Positions 52,061 to 64,000 of a stretch of DNA of 64,000 nt are shown in pieces (positions within the stretch are counted from its first letter, which is position 1; each line of letters begins with the position of its first letter). Below the pieces are notes generated by a model, which saw only the letters and a list, made by a program, of their open reading frames with translations, ran no database searches and was not told the origin of the DNA. This stretch comes from Octopus vulgaris (Eukaryota): contig OX597814.1 of the NCBI GenBank assembly GCA_951406725.2, forward strand, positions 201,748,001 through 201,812,000. The letters run 5' to 3'. The position numbers and the translations under genes were made by a program.

Positions 52061-55000
52061 CTACATATCAGAGGGGATTTCAAATAATGGTGTACCACAG
52101 CCAACAGTGGTACTCCAGCATGACCACAGATTTAAAGCTGAAACATATTTTAAGAACCATATATATACATATATATATATATCTAAGACTCCGTCGGTCA
52201 TGAATGACCATGGGTGCATCTATGAAGTTTCCCTCTGGGGTACAAGTTTTGGGGAAAGTCGCTTCACCAGCAAATGCACAACCTAGGGTTGTTTCTATGG
52301 AAGAGTAGCAGTCACCCATGCATACCAGCCTCCCCTCTCCATGCCACCAATGTTATCCAAGGGAAAAGCAAAGGCACTAGTGATGTTGCAACTCATTTCT
52401 ACAGCTGAGTGAACTGGAGCAACATGAAATAATGTGTCTTGCTCAAGAACACAACATGCAGCCCAGTCCAGGAATGGAACTCACAACCTCATGATCATAA
52501 GCTTAATGCTCTAACCACCGAGTCCTCAGTCAAACTGTCGAACCCATGCCAGCATGGAAAGCAGGCGTTAAATGATGATGCTGCTGCTGCTGCTGCTGAT
52601 GATGATGATATATATATATATATGTATGTATGTATGTATGTGTGTGTTTGTGCCCCCAACATCGCTTGACAACCGATGCTGTTGTGTTTACATCCCCATA
52701 ACTTAGTGGTTTGGCAAAAGAGACCAATAGCATAAGTACTAGGCTTACAAAGGATAAGTCCTGGGACTGATTTGCTTGACTAAAGGCAGTGCTCCAGCAT
52801 GGCCACAGTCAAATGACTGAAACAAGTAAAAGAATAAAAGAATATATATGTATATATATATACATATATATACACACACACAGACAACAGGCTTCATTCA
52901 GTTTCTATCTACGAAATCTGCTCATTTCAAGCTATCAGTAATATGGTGTCAAGTTTGAATATGAAAAGCCGTTCTCTCCCCATATCTGAACTTGTCCCTG
53001 ACAAGTTTAAATCAATGTTTCTCCTTTTACTTCTACGCCTTTGAATTCTAGAAACCTTATCTTATCCTTCAGCTCTTCTCTCCTTATCTTCTCTGTTCAT
53101 CTCATGCTTGATTTGTGAGAAGGAAGAAGGTAAGAGCAGTAGAACTTCCTTCTTACACTGTTTCTTCAAACACCTCCTGTTCTTGTATAAATATCATTTG
53201 GTCCTGTGTTTCTTATCAGTTGCAGCCGGTTTTTTTTCTAACTTAAAAGATGTAAAGCTCTGCTATCTCCTATTAATTTCTTTCCTTTCAACTTTTCACC
53301 TGAATAAGAATTGCATCCAAGGTATTGGATTTCGTGTTTCTCACAGCAAGTTTCCTGTACTCTTTTTATCAATTTTACTGCACATATATACACATTGTGT
53401 GTGTGTGTGTTTGTGTGTGTGCACGTGTATGTATGTATGTACATGCGTCTATAGATGTGTGTGCATGTATGTGTGTTTGTTTGTTTGTGTGCGTGTGTGA
53501 ATGTGTGTGTTTGTGAGTATGTGTGTGTATTTAATACTCTGGCTCAACTCCACATTATTTAAAGTTTTGTGGATATAAAACACGTCAGAATTTCAGATAA
53601 ATAGATAGATAGAGAGATAGAGAGATAGATAGACAGGCAGGCAGCCAGATAGATAGACAGACAGACAGATAGGTAGACAGACAAACAGACAGATACATAA
53701 ATACATACATGCATACATACATACATACATACATACATACATACATACATACATAGAAAGATAGATAGATAGACAGACAGACAAACAGATAGATAGATAG
53801 AGAGAGTAAAGACAATTTAAAATTTAAATGGCTTCTAAATGATAGTACTTAAGCCTTCACTTGGTAGTTCAGGTCGCATGTTTGCTCTTGCTATCGTAAT
53901 GACATTAGTTCATGTATTTGGAAGTCCACATGTTTGAGCAAATAGAATGTGAATGTCCTTTAGTCAACATTCTTCAGAAAGAGATACTCCAGTCACATTA
54001 ATTCTTCATACTGGATAAAATATGAGGTAGGGCAGACAAAATTTTGGCATCAGATTTTTTTTTAAATAATTTCTTTGAGGGGTGTAATATTTTAATGTCA
54101 ACACTTAGCTTATAAGGACGGTAACTGATTTGATTGTGTCAGGTTACATACATGTTTGCAGGATTGGTATGAGTGATTGTAGGCTGTAATCTTTACCTAC
54201 TTTCCAAACCTGAAGAGAGTCAGAAACAGAAAGATAGTCTGCTTTAATCCTCCATGTAATCTCAGTGTTACCATAAATATAGTGAGGGGATTACTGATGT
54301 CAATTAGAAAGCACTTTTTATAGATATTATAAACTCTTTGATTTTTATAATGTCAAAGTTAGCTACTCATGCTTAGATAATATCTAACACACACTGTATG
54401 CTACAACATATGCAAACACAACACATGCCCACACAGTCTTCTCTCCTTACTCCAATCTGTAACAACCAAAATCCTGATGATTGTCAACTGGGAGCATCCT
54501 GCCTCTCAAAAGTTGTGGTTTACAGATCAACGTACATCATCCAATGGCACCACCAAACGCTGCACATACATGACAGCAAATGATTTTTAAGGGGAGATAT
54601 ATGCAACACAGTATATAAGTTGTCTTGTGTATGAAAAAAATAGAAACTATATTACCTGGTAGAATCAATCCTCCATATTATTGAAGGGGAGTCACTTTCA
54701 AACTAAGAAAATTGATTACAAATCAATGGTGATCAGTTACTAGAAACCATTAGATTTTGTAATGTTGCTACCAGTTCAAATATGCTTGTGGAACTTGTAA
54801 ATAAGCCATTCATTGTGTTTTGCCATGGAGAAAATTTTTCGCTGTAGACAAATGGTGTTAATACACCTATATCAGCCCCCACCTATCTAGACTGTGAGAT
54901 ACAAGCATTTTGGAGTAGTTATTTCCTCTTCAGTCACAGACACTAGGCAGGGCGGGGGCGGGGGGCTGCAAATTGGTAAAAGAAATTGTCTCTATTATAA

Positions 55001-55098
55001 ATGACAATTCTGTTGACAAGTATTAAATGTTGTACAACAGCTGTGGTTGTTGTTGTTGTTGCTTATTACCAGCTTATCTCCTTTGTACTTTTCTTTTG

Positions 55099-55330
55099 TT
55101 TAACCCTTTTGTTACCAACCTGGCTGAAACCGCCTCTGGCTCTGTAATACAATTGTCTTGTTTTCATAACTTTTGAATTAAAATCTTCCACCAAACCTTA
55201 GTCACAATTTATGTTCCTAACACTAGCTTAATGATAACTAAGTTGTTTTAATAAATTCTTTGTTATATTTAAAATTAATTGAAAGAAACACAGAGTATCT
55301 CAAACAGAAATACAGTCATGAAAGAGTTAA
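55099..55330. mobile_element. piggyBac-type MITE
   Basis: ttaacccttt ... aaagagttaa. Confidence 0.6.
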
Positions 55331-55536
55331 CATAGGTAGTGCAGTTTGTTGGAAACAGCAGTTATGTATCCCTTAAACCACAGCTTATAATTCTTAAAAA
55401 GGGAAATAAATATTAATTAGCGTGAAGACAACATTTATGGATAGAATGGATTTGATCATTGAGCTGTTTAATCAGGACCAACTTGGAAACAAACAGCAAC
55501 AGCAACAATAGCAGAAGCTGCTACAACAACAACAAC

Positions 55537-55568
<32 letters not shown>

Positions 55569-56461
55569 CAACCTAAGCCTTAAATGTTCACTACAAAACA
55601 GCTCTAAATGGCAGCAACAATTCTGTCTTTGAGACGCTGGTGGGCAACATTATCAAAGATATTCACATTAAATAATTGAATATTTCTATATGAGATGACC
55701 TTCAAAAATATTTTGTGTTGGTGAGGGGGAAGGGAAATGAAAAACCACATTTACAAGGTCTCACCTGACTGTTAATCTCTTCCTCCCTCCCTCCCTCTCC
55801 CCTCTCTTTCTCTTTACCCTTTATTTTCCTCCCATGCATATCTAATTGGATGTTTACAGTCATAATAATTTCGATTAACAAATAAAAAGCTGTAATGATG
55901 GAGAAGAATTCCAATGTTGAATGTCAATAGAGTATTTAAGATCTTCCTTTAAGTTTGGTTAATGACAGAAAAGTAAATGAAATGTCTGTCAACATCCAGC
56001 TGTTTCACATACATACATACATCATACATATCACAGCACTTCGTTGGTTACGACGAGGATTCCAGTTGACCCAATCAACAGAACAGCCTGTTTGTGAAAT
56101 TAATGCGAAAGTGGCTGAGCTCTCCACAGACACATATACCCTTAACGTAGTTCTCGGGAAGATTCAGCATGACACAGAGTGTGACAAGGCTGGCCCTTTG
56201 AAATACAGGTACAACAGAAACAAGAAGAAAGAGTGAGAGAAAGTTGTAGTGAAAGAATACAGCAGGGTTCACCACCACCACCCCGCTGGAGCCTCTTGGA
56301 GCTTTAGGTGTTTTTGCTTAATAAACATTCACAATGCCTGGTCTAGGAATCGAAACCGTGATACCCAATCGTGAGTCTGCTGCCCTACCCACTGGGCCAT
56401 TGCACTTCCACTATACATATATATAAATAAATAAATAAATATATATATATATATATATGTA

Positions 56462-56766
56462 TACATATATATGAGAGGGATGACCACTATGTGGACAACC
56501 CTTATGCTAGAAGTAGATCTGCTATGGCCTTACCACTAAGGAATGTTCTCAAGAAAATTTCTGGTGTTTGCTACATTTTCTTGAGAACATTCCTTAGTGG
56601 TAAGACCATAGTGGATCTACTTCTAGCATAAGGGCTGTCCACATAGTGGTCATCCTTCTCATGTATATATTACAATTTTCGGAACCTTCATATTTTAATA
56701 TGCTAGACCACTGGTTTTAAACTGATATTAATCAAATTAATATCCAATTTTTCACCTTCATTTTAA

Positions 56767-56770
<4 letters not shown>
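56462..56770. repeat. (TA)n-flanked near-perfect palindrome
   Basis: Arms at ~56462-56559 and ~56575-56668 with a ~15 nt loop. Confidence 0.85.
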
Positions 56771-56830
<60 letters not shown>

Positions 56831-57960
56831 TATTTATGTATGTATGTATGCATGTATGTATGTATAAATAATTGTGTGTGTGTGTATGTGTATTTAGAAT
56901 CAATGCAACATACATAGAGACAAAGAGATGTGGAGGAAGTAATCTGTTTCTGAAATTATTTGATCAAGATCTCATATTGCCAATATATATTTACTCTGTC
57001 TCATTTCTTGTTTGCTTTTTCTCTACACATACACTTTCACAAACACAGATACACATGCTCACACACACTCATAAACATTTGTGAATGAATGGCATCATTA
57101 TCATCAGCATCATTCTCATAATTATCATCGTTGTTATTGCCAGAGTTGTCGTTATCATCATCATCATTTAATGTCTATGCTCCCTCCTTCCATGGGTTAC
57201 ATGGTTCGACATGATCCAAGGGGCCCAAGAACGACGTCATGTGCTGCCACTGTTTACTTTGCCATCGTTTCTGCAATTGGATGTCCTTCCTAATGCCAAC
57301 CACTTTACATATACCAGTTGGTCTGCCACCAACTCTAGTAAAGTCACCAAGCAGCTTGCAAACTACAAATCCCAAGAGAAGAGGCTTTATGCTAGAAGAT
57401 GAGGACTTAAAGCATGAAAGAGGAGGGTTCAGAGCAGAACAGGTTTTCCAATACATATACATACATGGGGAGCATCATAGTAATTCTTTTGGGTTTGGAT
57501 TATTCACCTCTGGAAACAGGTGTTTTGTTCAACATCCTTAAACAACCCTTATTCCGGGAGCTTTTGAGTGGGACACACTACTTAACCTGAAGAAAATTGT
57601 GAGCTCTGCCTGCAAGGTCATGAAATGTTGATCTTGATATAAAATCACCATGTCAGGCACATATGGTTGTGATGCATGTGCCTGGTGTACTCTTATCAGG
57701 TGGGTAGTTATGACAGGCATACTGGGTTCGTATATTTGTACCCCAGGGTCATTTTGATGGCATGCACTGCTCTTTCATATTAGTGTGTATGTATGTGTGT
57801 GTGCGTGTGTGTTTCTGTGTGCATGTGTAAGTTGTATATATATATATATATATACACACATATATATACACATACACACATATGTAATAAAGACTATTTT
57901 AAAGTACTGTTACTGAATGTTTCTCGTTGAGAGATTTAGAAATAATAATATTTATATTTA

Positions 57961-58009
<49 letters not shown>

Positions 58010-58012
<3 letters not shown>

Positions 58013-59392
58013 AGTATTTCAGATATTACACAACATAAATTCTTCATTTATTACAATATCTGGGCTTCTAGAGGATGTATGATAATTCCCAAAAAGCAAT
58101 CAAGGCAACTCCATATAAGAAGCGGAGATAATCTTGAGGATTCTCCTAAGTTGACATACCATTAAGAAAAAAGAATAGGCATATTGTCTGGAGATTAGAG
58201 GAAATTATGGACACATGTTTCTGGCTCGATAGACATCATCAACTGAAAGATTGTCCATTCTTATCTCCAGAAGCAAAAGGACTTTGGCTTTTTCGTTGCA
58301 GAGTAGAAAATGGCTTGGTGTAGCAAAGTATTATTGAGAAAGAGAAAGTGAGTGGGGAAAAGCCAGACAAAGAATGACTTGTGACAGACGAAGGGAATAG
58401 AGCCAGTGTTGGATGTTATGAAGAGAAATGGGATGAGAGTGTTGAGACGTGTGCTGATGAAAGATGAAAGTGACTGGGCGAGAGAAGTGATGATGGAAAC
58501 AAATGTGAAGAAGGTAAAGAAAGGATACGACCAAGAAAGACATGACCAAAGATGATGGAAGAGAAAATGAGTGGAAGGAAGTTGGTGAGGTGGGGGATAT
58601 AAGGTAGAGGACAAAATGGCAAAAAAATGCCATGGTGCTTCTTGCAACACTAACCTCTGCTTTAGAAGAGAAAATGGCCTTAAAACTCTCATTGTTGTTG
58701 TTGTACACATCCACTGCCAATACCACAACCAGCACAAAGTCACTTCACTTATTCTTCACAATCTATAAAGAAAATTATTCCGATTCGTATTTTGTCTGAA
58801 GAGTCTGGGTTTCTTCAGAAGATATCTATGTCAGAATGCAATACAAGAGTCACTGAAGAATATAAACAAATTTGGAAGTTTGTTATCTTTGGGTTCATTT
58901 GGAATTTCAGCTTTGTGGGCTTCAATTTATCTATTGGGAAATCAATAGATATATAAGTTGATAGGATTCCAAGAACACCTCAACCCCACAGTCAAATATT
59001 TTGAAGTATCTTCTTTTCTAGTTAGACCCTAATCACAAAGATGACTTTTCTTCTGTTTTTTTTTTATTCCAATATCTTATAATCTTGATATCAATATCTT
59101 TATATTAATTCTTCATTTTGATAACAGAAAAAAATACTTTGAGAAACCTTTTAAAGAATTAGAATCAATTCAAAATGAAAAAAATATCTTTCAAAAAGAA
59201 CTATACAGAAAGAAATCTTACCGAAAATATTCTTGTGGTTCCAGTATCTTCAAGTTCTGTTCTAATCATTCATAATGCCATCAGTTGTTTTCTTCACCAT
59301 TCAATCAAAAATACCAATTCAATATTTTTGTTGCATTTCACAAGGAAATCTAAGTCAACTTGATCTTTAAGTAAATATCTTCCATAAAACCA
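58010..59392 (-). mobile_element. Internally deleted Penelope-like relic with a hammerhead remnant (~58205-58258)
   Basis: Minus strand has LKDQVDLDFLVKC (PLE N-terminal-like), VVVLAVDVYNN, a pyrimidine-rich tail, then UUGAUGA-UGucu..agcCA-GAAA-CAUG-U, then (TA)n. Confidence 0.45.
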
Positions 59393-59409
59393 TGTTATTA
59401 TTACTATTG

Positions 59410-59447
<38 letters not shown>

Positions 59448-59448
59448 G

Positions 59449-59755
59449 CCTTTGCACAGCTTCTAACGCTGTACTATGGTGTCAGCTGTTCACTACCAGT
59501 GCATGAAGGTAACAGCTCTTATTTTTCGAGCACCTTCCGAAGTATTCGAGCGATTCCAAGCAGTGCTGTTTTCTGCAAGTGCTCCACCCTTATTGCAGCC
59601 CCTATTTTTTACACTTAGTTTTCGAGATTTTCGCTCACTGTTCCCAGGGCTCTGACAATTATTGGTACTACTGCTACCTTTTTCATCGACCACAACTGCT
59701 TAACTTCCCAAGCTAACCTGTCATATCTCTCGGCTTTTCTTTCTTCCTTCCCTTG
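59449..59755 (-). mobile_element. Dong LINE 3' end
   Basis: RYDRLAWEVKQLW...VPIIVRALG...LQKTALLGIARILRKVLEK*, with (TTA)n on both sides. Confidence 0.8.
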
Positions 59756-59781
59756 ATTATTATTATTATTATTATTATTAT

Positions 59782-62134
59782 TCAGTAGTTTTATTTTTAT
59801 AGCATGCTTTCACTTCACTACCGAGCGCAGCTCTGTGCACCTTAGGTATGTGCTGTGATTTGTTGTGATGCTCTGATGGTTATTGTATGGAAAGTGTTCT
59901 GTGTAGGATGTGTGCAGTGCCTAGTAGTGCAATTTTCTGTATGTTATATGTGTTTGTAAGTCCTGGTGTTTTTGTTATGTATTTGTCTGAATATTTTTTT
60001 ATCATGCCTAATGCACCTACTATGATAGGAATTGTTTCTGTTTTCAGATTCCACATTCTAGTTACCTCTATTTCCAGGTCTTTGTATTTTGAGAGTTTCT
60101 CCATTTCTTTTAGAGACACGTTGTCATCAGCCGGTATTGATACATCAATTAGAAAGCATTTTTTTCTTCATGGTCTCTGACAACTATATCTGGTCTGTTG
60201 GCCTTAATTTCTCTATCTGTGTGTATCGGCATATCCCAGAGTATGGTTGCTTTCTCGTTTTCTGTGACTTTTTCTGGTGTGTGCCTATACCATCTTTTTT
60301 CTGTTGTTATTCCATAATGTTGGCATAGCTTCCAATGTATGTAGGTTCCAACTCTGTCATGTCTGTGAATATATTCCTTCTTAGCCAGGACTGGGCAGCT
60401 AGAGATAATATGATTTATTGTTTCTTGTCCATCTCCACATATTCTGCAGTTACTTGTAATATTTCTTTTCATTACATGTTTTTGGTAATTTCTGGTGGGG
60501 AGGCTTTGGTCTTGTGCTGCAATTAAAAATCCCTCTGTTTCTGCTTTGAGTCCTGAGCTTCTCAACCATTGCTGGGATTTTTCTTTGTCTATTTATTTTG
60601 CGTTTAGTTTAGTGCAGTATTTACCATGAAGGGGCTTTTCTTGCCATCGTTTTATCATGGCTCGTTGCTGTTCTATTTTTAGTTTGGATTTCATTTGTTT
60701 TATAGCTTTTGTTGTTTCTTCATCATCTTCTTCTTCTTCTTTGTGTTTATTAGGTGGTATGATTTCTTGTTTGTATTTGTCAGCTTCCTTAAATACTGAG
60801 AACAGTTTTTTGTTTTGCTCGTGTTTTGCCACTATCTGGATCAGTTTTCCTTCCCTCTGAAGTAGATATTTTTGCAGTCCTATGGTGGTTATTTTATAGT
60901 AGTTTTCCAGCTGTATAAGGCCCCTACCACCTTCTATACGTTGTATATATAGTCTTTCTATGTCAGATTTTGGGCGATGCATCCTAGATCCTGTCATTAT
61001 TTTTCTTGTTTTCCTATCTATTTTGGTCAGTTCATTTCGTGTCCAGTTAAGGATATTGTAGCTGTAACTTATAACTGGGACAGCTAAAGTGTTGATACCT
61101 ATTATCTTGTTTTTAGCATTGAGCTTTGTGTTTAGTATTGATCTAACTCGTCTATAATATTCTTTTTTTATTTTCTCTCTTTCATTTGTGTGTGTTGTGT
61201 CTTATCTAGTTCATGGATTCCTAAGTATTTGTAAGTTTGGCTTTGGTCTAATTCTTTTATTTCATTGGTTTTATCTAGTGTGATGTTGTTACTCTTAACT
61301 AGTTTTCCTCTTTTCATGGTTACTTTGGCGCATTTTTCTAATCCAAATTTCATATCTATTTCTTTGGTGAATCCATGAATTGTCTTTAATAGTGTTTCCA
61401 GCTGTTTGTCATTTGCAGCGTATAGTTTTAGGTCATCCATATATAAAAGGTGGCTGATCGTCTTGCCGTAACATTTATATCCGCATCCAGTTCTATTTAG
61501 CATATCAGATAGAGGTGACAGTGCCAAGCAGAAAAGGAGTGGAGAGAGCGTGTCTCCCTGGAATATTCCTCTTCTAATGGGGATGTCTTTGGTTTTCATG
61601 AGTCCCTCTTTTGTTTGGAGGTGTAGGACTGTTTGCCATTTATTCATAGAGTGCTCTATGAATTTTATGATTGTTGGTGCTACTTTGTTAATGGCTAGTG
61701 TTTCGAGGATCCATGAGTGGGGGATGCTATCAAACGCCTTTTTGTAGTCAATCCAGGCCATACTGAGGCCTTTCTTCTTTCTGTGGCTGTCTTCAGTTAT
61801 GGCTTTATTAATCATTAGTTGATCTTTACAGCCATATGAGCCTTTGCGGCATCCTTTCTGCTCTTCTGGGAACAGTTTGTTTTCGTCCAGGTGCTTGTTC
61901 AGCCTTTGTGATATCACTGCAGTAAATGCCTTAAACATAGTAGGGAGGCAGGTTATTGGTCTGTAGTTTTCTGGTTTTTCTGTTTCATTTGATTTGGGAA
62001 TTAAGATGGTTTTCCCCTTCGTGAGCCATTCAGGCATTGTCTCTGGCTCTGCTAGTACGTTGTTAAAGTTTTCAGCCAGCTTTTTGTGCATTCCTGTTAG
62101 ATATTTCAACCAGAAGTTGGGGATCTTGGGGATC

Positions 62135-62136
<2 letters not shown>
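59782..62136 (-). mobile_element. 5'-truncated R4/Dong LINE, frameshifted
   Basis: ORFs 61168-62202, 60593-60997, 60149-60565 and 59880-60119 contain GIFQGDTLSP, YMDD, CRIC..QETINHIISSC, RHDRV and RPDIVV. Flanked by (TTA)n. Confidence 0.92.
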
Positions 62137-62187
<51 letters not shown>

Positions 62188-62231
62188 TTCATATACACTC
62201 AACAGATTATACTGTAGGAAAAGAAAAGAAT

Positions 62232-62345
62232 CCTAACATCGGGCTACAACAAGATGCCAAGAACCCTCCTAAGTATCCTAGTTGTCCCTAATAAAACTGT
62301 TTTCTGGAGTAGTCCTAAACTGGGTTTTATGCCTATCTCCTCTAT
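62232..62345 (-). mobile_element. Dong LINE C-terminal fragment
   Basis: LLQKTVLLGTTRILRRVLG. Confidence 0.65.
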
Positions 62346-63448
62346 GCCTATCTATATGGGAAGCTTTTTACATGGCACCAACACAGGTACTTTTTTTACA
62401 AGGCATCAGCACAGGAGCGTTTTTTACATGGAGCCCACATGGAATATCTTTTTAGATATTTCTAGCTCTCAACAGTATGCTTTCTTCACTACATACAAGC
62501 ATACATTTAAATGCACATGCATGCACACACACACACACACACACATACAACAGGCTTCTTTCAGTTTCCATATACCAAAACCACTCACAAGGCTTTAGTC
62601 AGTCTGGAGTCACAGTGGAAGACTCTTGTCTGACATGCCACACAGAGGGACTGAACAATGTCAGTTGGGAAGTATACTCCTTACTGCACAGGCCTCCCCT
62701 GTGCCTGGAAAATAGGGAACACTACACAAATATGTGTGTCTTCTGTACGCAGGGACTGTGCTCATATTCTCTGTGTCATAAGGTGGCGAACTGGCAGAAA
62801 TGCTTAGCAGTATTTCATATGCCACTACATTCTGAGTTCAAATTCTGCCGAGGTCGACTTTGCCTTTGATTTTTTCGTGGTCGATTAAATAAGTACCAGT
62901 TACGCACTGGGATTCGATGTAATCGACTTAATTCTTATGTCTGTCATTGTTTCAGACTGATAAAATAAGTACCAGTTGAGTATTAGGGTCAATGTAATCA
63001 ACTAGCTCTTCCTCAAACATTGCTGGTTTTGCACCTAAATTCAAACCTGCCTGCAAGAAAAAAAAAAGAAGAAAAATACTAGTGAAATATTTTCCCCCTG
63101 TCCCCCTTTATTAATGAAAAGACAAAATAGACTTTGCACCATTATAATTCTTGCTTTTTGTTTCTTCCCCTTGGTTTTGGACAATTTTTTAATGTTTCAA
63201 ACCATCTCAACTTAGTTTAAAAAAGCTATCCATCTGAACTCCTTTTCAGTTCTCTACGAGAATATATATATTAGAGGTGCTCTTCGTGGGAGATAGGGAC
63301 TATGAGGATTGAAACCAGGAAGACTCACATGAGAAATGGCTGCTATTTCTAGCAAGTCAAGCATGTCAAATCCTTCACATAGTTATTAAATTTCTATCAT
63401 AAAGTAGAAAAAAGCAGATATAATAAGACTGGAATGACACAGAGAATA

Positions 63449-63906
63449 TTTATTTCTTCATCACCCACAAGGGGCTAAACACAGAGGGGACAAACAAGGA
63501 TATCGATCCCCAGTGTGTAACTGGTATTTATTTAAATAAGGCGGCGAGCTGGCAGAAACGTTAGCACGCCGGGCGTCATGCTTTGCGGTATTTCGTCTGC
63601 CGTTATGTTCTGAGTTCAAATTCCGCTGAGGTCGACTTTGCCTTTCATCCTTTCGGGGTCGATTAAATAAGTACCAGTTACGCACTGGGGTCGATATAAT
63701 CGACTTAATCCATTTGTCTGTCCTTGTTTGTCCTCTATGTTTAGCCCCTTGTGGGTAGTAAAGAAATAGGTATTTATTTAAATAACCCTGAAAGGATGAA
63801 AGGCAAATTTGGCCTCAGCAGAATTTGAACTCAGAATGTAGCGGCAGATGAAATACTGCTAAGCATTTCACCCTGTGTGCTAACATTTCTGCTAGCTTGC
63901 CACCTT
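63449..63906. mobile_element. Meta-like SINE (+, 63540-63768) nested in an antisense copy of the same family
   Basis: Inner TSD ggtatttatttaaataa (63523-63539 and 63769-63785). Outer TSD atgacacagagaata (63434-63448 and 63907-63921). Confidence 0.85.
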
Positions 63907-64000
63907 ATGACACAGAGAATACTAGCACTGTCCCTGTGTGTGGAAGATTCACCCATTTGTGTAGTATTCCCTGTTTTCTAGGAGCAGGGATGGCTGTGTA

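Noticed and set aside
61168-62202. ORF start MSVYENNNN as a real N-terminus
   Set aside because: It is read-through from flanking DNA across the (AAT)n target into a 5'-truncated LINE.

Overview
This is repeat-saturated, AT-rich eukaryotic DNA. It is most likely octopus/coleoid cephalopod, inferred from the tRNA-derived SINE families and the dense microsatellites. I cannot support any host protein-coding exon, and nearly all listed ORFs are microsatellite or satellite artefacts. Recognisable content: two large R4/Dong-clade LINEs (RT plus restriction-like endonuclease) inserted in (TAA)n, plus three Dong fragments; RTE and CR1-like relics; an internally deleted Helitron; a Helentron-like element; mariner relics including a foldback pair; piggyBac and hAT MITEs; Penelope-like (GIY-YIG) relics; a 27-bp hairpin minisatellite; and a ~73-bp satellite fused to a degenerate 3' 28S rRNA fragment. 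The main signal is at least nine type I hammerhead-ribozyme-like motifs in several unrelated small non-coding elements, mostly flanked by (TA)n or (AAT)n. The best case is at 11173-12101. It carries two apparently identical canonical hammerheads 534 nt apart on the minus strand, which fits a retrozyme or non-autonomous Penelope-like unit predicted to release a 534-nt, circularisable RNA. All ribozyme calls come from manual base-pairing. No activity has been tested, and family names come from recalled motifs, not from database searches.
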